DNA from: Nitrospinota bacterium | GTDB taxonomy: Bacteria > Nitrospinota > Nitrospinia > Nitrospinales > VA-1 | Length of the DNA stretch: 57,885 bases | Assembly: GCA_038108555.1 (NCBI GenBank) | Contig: JAYNIA010000010.1 | Location: forward strand, 1-57,885 | Direction: 5' to 3' | In this document: positions 56,477 to 57,885 of the stretch, in pieces | Numbering within the stretch: the first letter of the stretch is position 1 | How the letters are laid out: every line of letters begins with the position of its first letter | Program-made: the position numbers and the translations under genes | Notes under the pieces: generated by a model | The model's input: only the letters and a program-made list of their open reading frames with translations | Databases searched by the model: none | Told to the model about the DNA's origin: nothing

Positions 56477-57588
56477 TGAGTGACACGCCTTCGATTTTTA
56501 TAAAATCCCAAACCGCCATACCCCTGGTCACGGAAGCCGGAAAAAAATATTCCGGTTTGCAAGATTCCAAATCCCCGGAACTATGCCAGCGGGTCAGGGA
56601 ATTTTTTGATCACCTAAAGGAAGAAATTGGTTTCCCAGAAACGCAACAGGGTCGCGAAAATCAGGGGTATTTTAATTTGTTATTGCAGTCGGTTTACCCG
56701 GAAATAATGATCGATCTTGCCGATCTAATTTATGTTCAGCATGAACGGCCTGCGGTTTATTTGAATTTCGATCATATTCATATGAACCTGAAAAAAAACC
56801 GGGTGGCTCTTTCGGAACCGATTGAGAAGGTCAATGAAAAGTTCTCGGACATTTTCTGGGAATTGGCAAAAACCATCAGAGACAATCCAATTTTGTTCAA
56901 CGACACTCGGATAGTTCAGTTGTTGAGCGAGAGCTACAGCATTTACCTTTTCGAAACCCAGAACTTTCCGTGGGACAATCCAATGGAAATGATTCCACCG
57001 GATCTAAAAAGCCCGATTATGGATGTTGCAACAGGGCTTGCCGGGTTTCGGTTGATCTACGACTGGCCGGAGGATTATCCCAATTTGATTCTTACCGACA
57101 ATCTTCCATTTATCATTATGGGGTTGACTCACTACGTGAAGCTTTCAGGAAAAACCAATATCGAAATTTTAAATATAGATTTTCCAGATGGTCCGCTTGG
57201 AAAACGTTGTGGCTGTATTCTTGCAAACAAATTTTTGCATCATCTGCAAAGGGATGAGCGGAGAAAATTTTTTCAATGGGCCATTGAAGCTTTAGAAGCC
57301 GGTGGGATTTTATTGATCCTGGATACGGACCTGGAATGCCAGATATTGAGACGTGCACAAAACAGGGAGTATGCGGACAAGCTTATACGGGGATATAAGG
57401 AAACCCTGGTCGAAATTGAAGAAAAATTTTGTGAGACCCTGATAAAAGATGTCCAACATGTGGGCTTCGACGTTTCGCATTTCGATTTCCACGAATACGA
57501 AGACGAGACCGACGCCTACAGTCAGAAGATTGGAGATAACTTGTCCATAAAGTTTATCGGGCTGGAAATAGTGGCAAATAAAGTTTGA
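56476..57588 (+). CDS. Class I SAM-dependent methyltransferase-like protein with N-terminal helical extension
   Basis: IMDVATGLAG (motif I), ANKFLHHL and LEAGGILLILD. Confidence 0.7.
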   Translation: MSDTPSIFIKSQTAIPLVTEAGKKYSGLQDSKSPELCQRVREFFDHLKEEIGFPETQQGRENQGYFNLLLQSVYPEIMIDLADLIYVQHERPAVYLNFDHIHMNLKKNRVALSEPIEKVNEKFSDIFWELAKTIRDNPILFNDTRIVQLLSESYSIYLFETQNFPWDNPMEMIPPDLKSPIMDVATGLAGFRLIYDWPEDYPNLILTDNLPFIIMGLTHYVKLSGKTNIEILNIDFPDGPLGKRCGCILANKFLHHLQRDERRKFFQWAIEALEAGGILLILDTDLECQILRRAQNREYADKLIRGYKETLVEIEEKFCETLIKDVQHVGFDVSHFDFHEYEDETDAYSQKIGDNLSIKFIGLEIVANKV

Positions 57589-57589
57589 T

Positions 57590-57605
57590 GGGGGCGAACG
57601 CCCCC
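57590..57605. terminator. GC-rich hairpin just after the stop codon
   Basis: GGGGGC-GAAC-GCCCCC; an A-run follows on the + strand. Confidence 0.5.
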
Positions 57606-57666
57606 GGGTAAAAATAAATCTCGATTTCGCTACTTGCAGGTTGTGGAAGGTCGTTTATTCCCATTT

Positions 57667-57695
57667 AGGTCTGCTTCCGACCCAAAGCGGACATT
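57667..57695. repeat. Short imperfect palindrome (REP/cassette-boundary-like)
   Basis: GTCTGCTT-CCGACCCA-AAGCGGAC, a GC-rich stretch in AT-rich intergenic DNA; only one copy seen. Confidence 0.35.
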
Positions 57696-57885
57696 GGCCA
57701 TTTGATATTCGTGGGCCTTAAGCATCAAAAAAATAAGTTCGATTATCTCAACTCCACCCTTGTTTATATGGGCTTAGTCAAATTGGCTAGGCTCTATTTC
57801 TTTTAAATTAATAGTTATTTGTGTCTTGTGGGTAATGGCAAAAATTATCTCACTTTATTCTCCATAAAAGCCCAGAGGTATATAG

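Noticed and set aside
173..57492. Many 60-145 aa antisense or alternate-frame ORFs in the track
   Set aside because: They lie within well-supported genes and show no motifs, so I treat them as shadow ORFs.

Overview
This AT-rich bacterial chromosomal window is probably from a marine Nitrospinota (Nitrospina-like) genome; that assignment is an inference from protein content only. From left to right it holds: (1) a ~17 kb cell-envelope glycosylation region (sugar epimerase and cupin, four GT4, GT2, GT9, SGNH hydrolase, SAM methyltransferase, three ArnT/GT-C membrane glycosyltransferases), interrupted by a TIGR01777-SRPBCC fusion, a CDGSH protein and a small gene behind a sigma54-type promoter; (2) an M20 peptidase, an HD-GYP gene, a four-repeat exported protein, and a TetR + MMPL + LolA-like + outer-membrane barrel operon with a duplicated palindromic operator; (3) a YhaO/YhaN (SbcD/SbcC-like) pair, an aldo/keto reductase, a hybrid kinase and REC-HD-GYP pair, a spermidine-synthase-like fusion, a triple PCP_red-domain protein, engB and DUF1015; (4) a ~9.6 kb minus-strand redox operon behind a consensus sigma70 promoter, encoding a 12-repeat NHL propeller, an NTF2-like protein, an Hpt protein, two paralogous multiheme cytochromes (11+1 and 10 heme motifs), a diheme cytochrome and a lipoprotein monoheme cytochrome; (5) tyrS and hypothetical genes. 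Two things stand out. The multiheme/NHL operon carries 24 CXXCH motifs with no porin or quinol oxidoreductase gene. Three signalling genes (the hybrid kinase and both HD-GYP genes) each carry a single in-frame nonsense codon, while the other genes look intact. I saw no rRNA, tRNA, CRISPR array, transposase or integrase.
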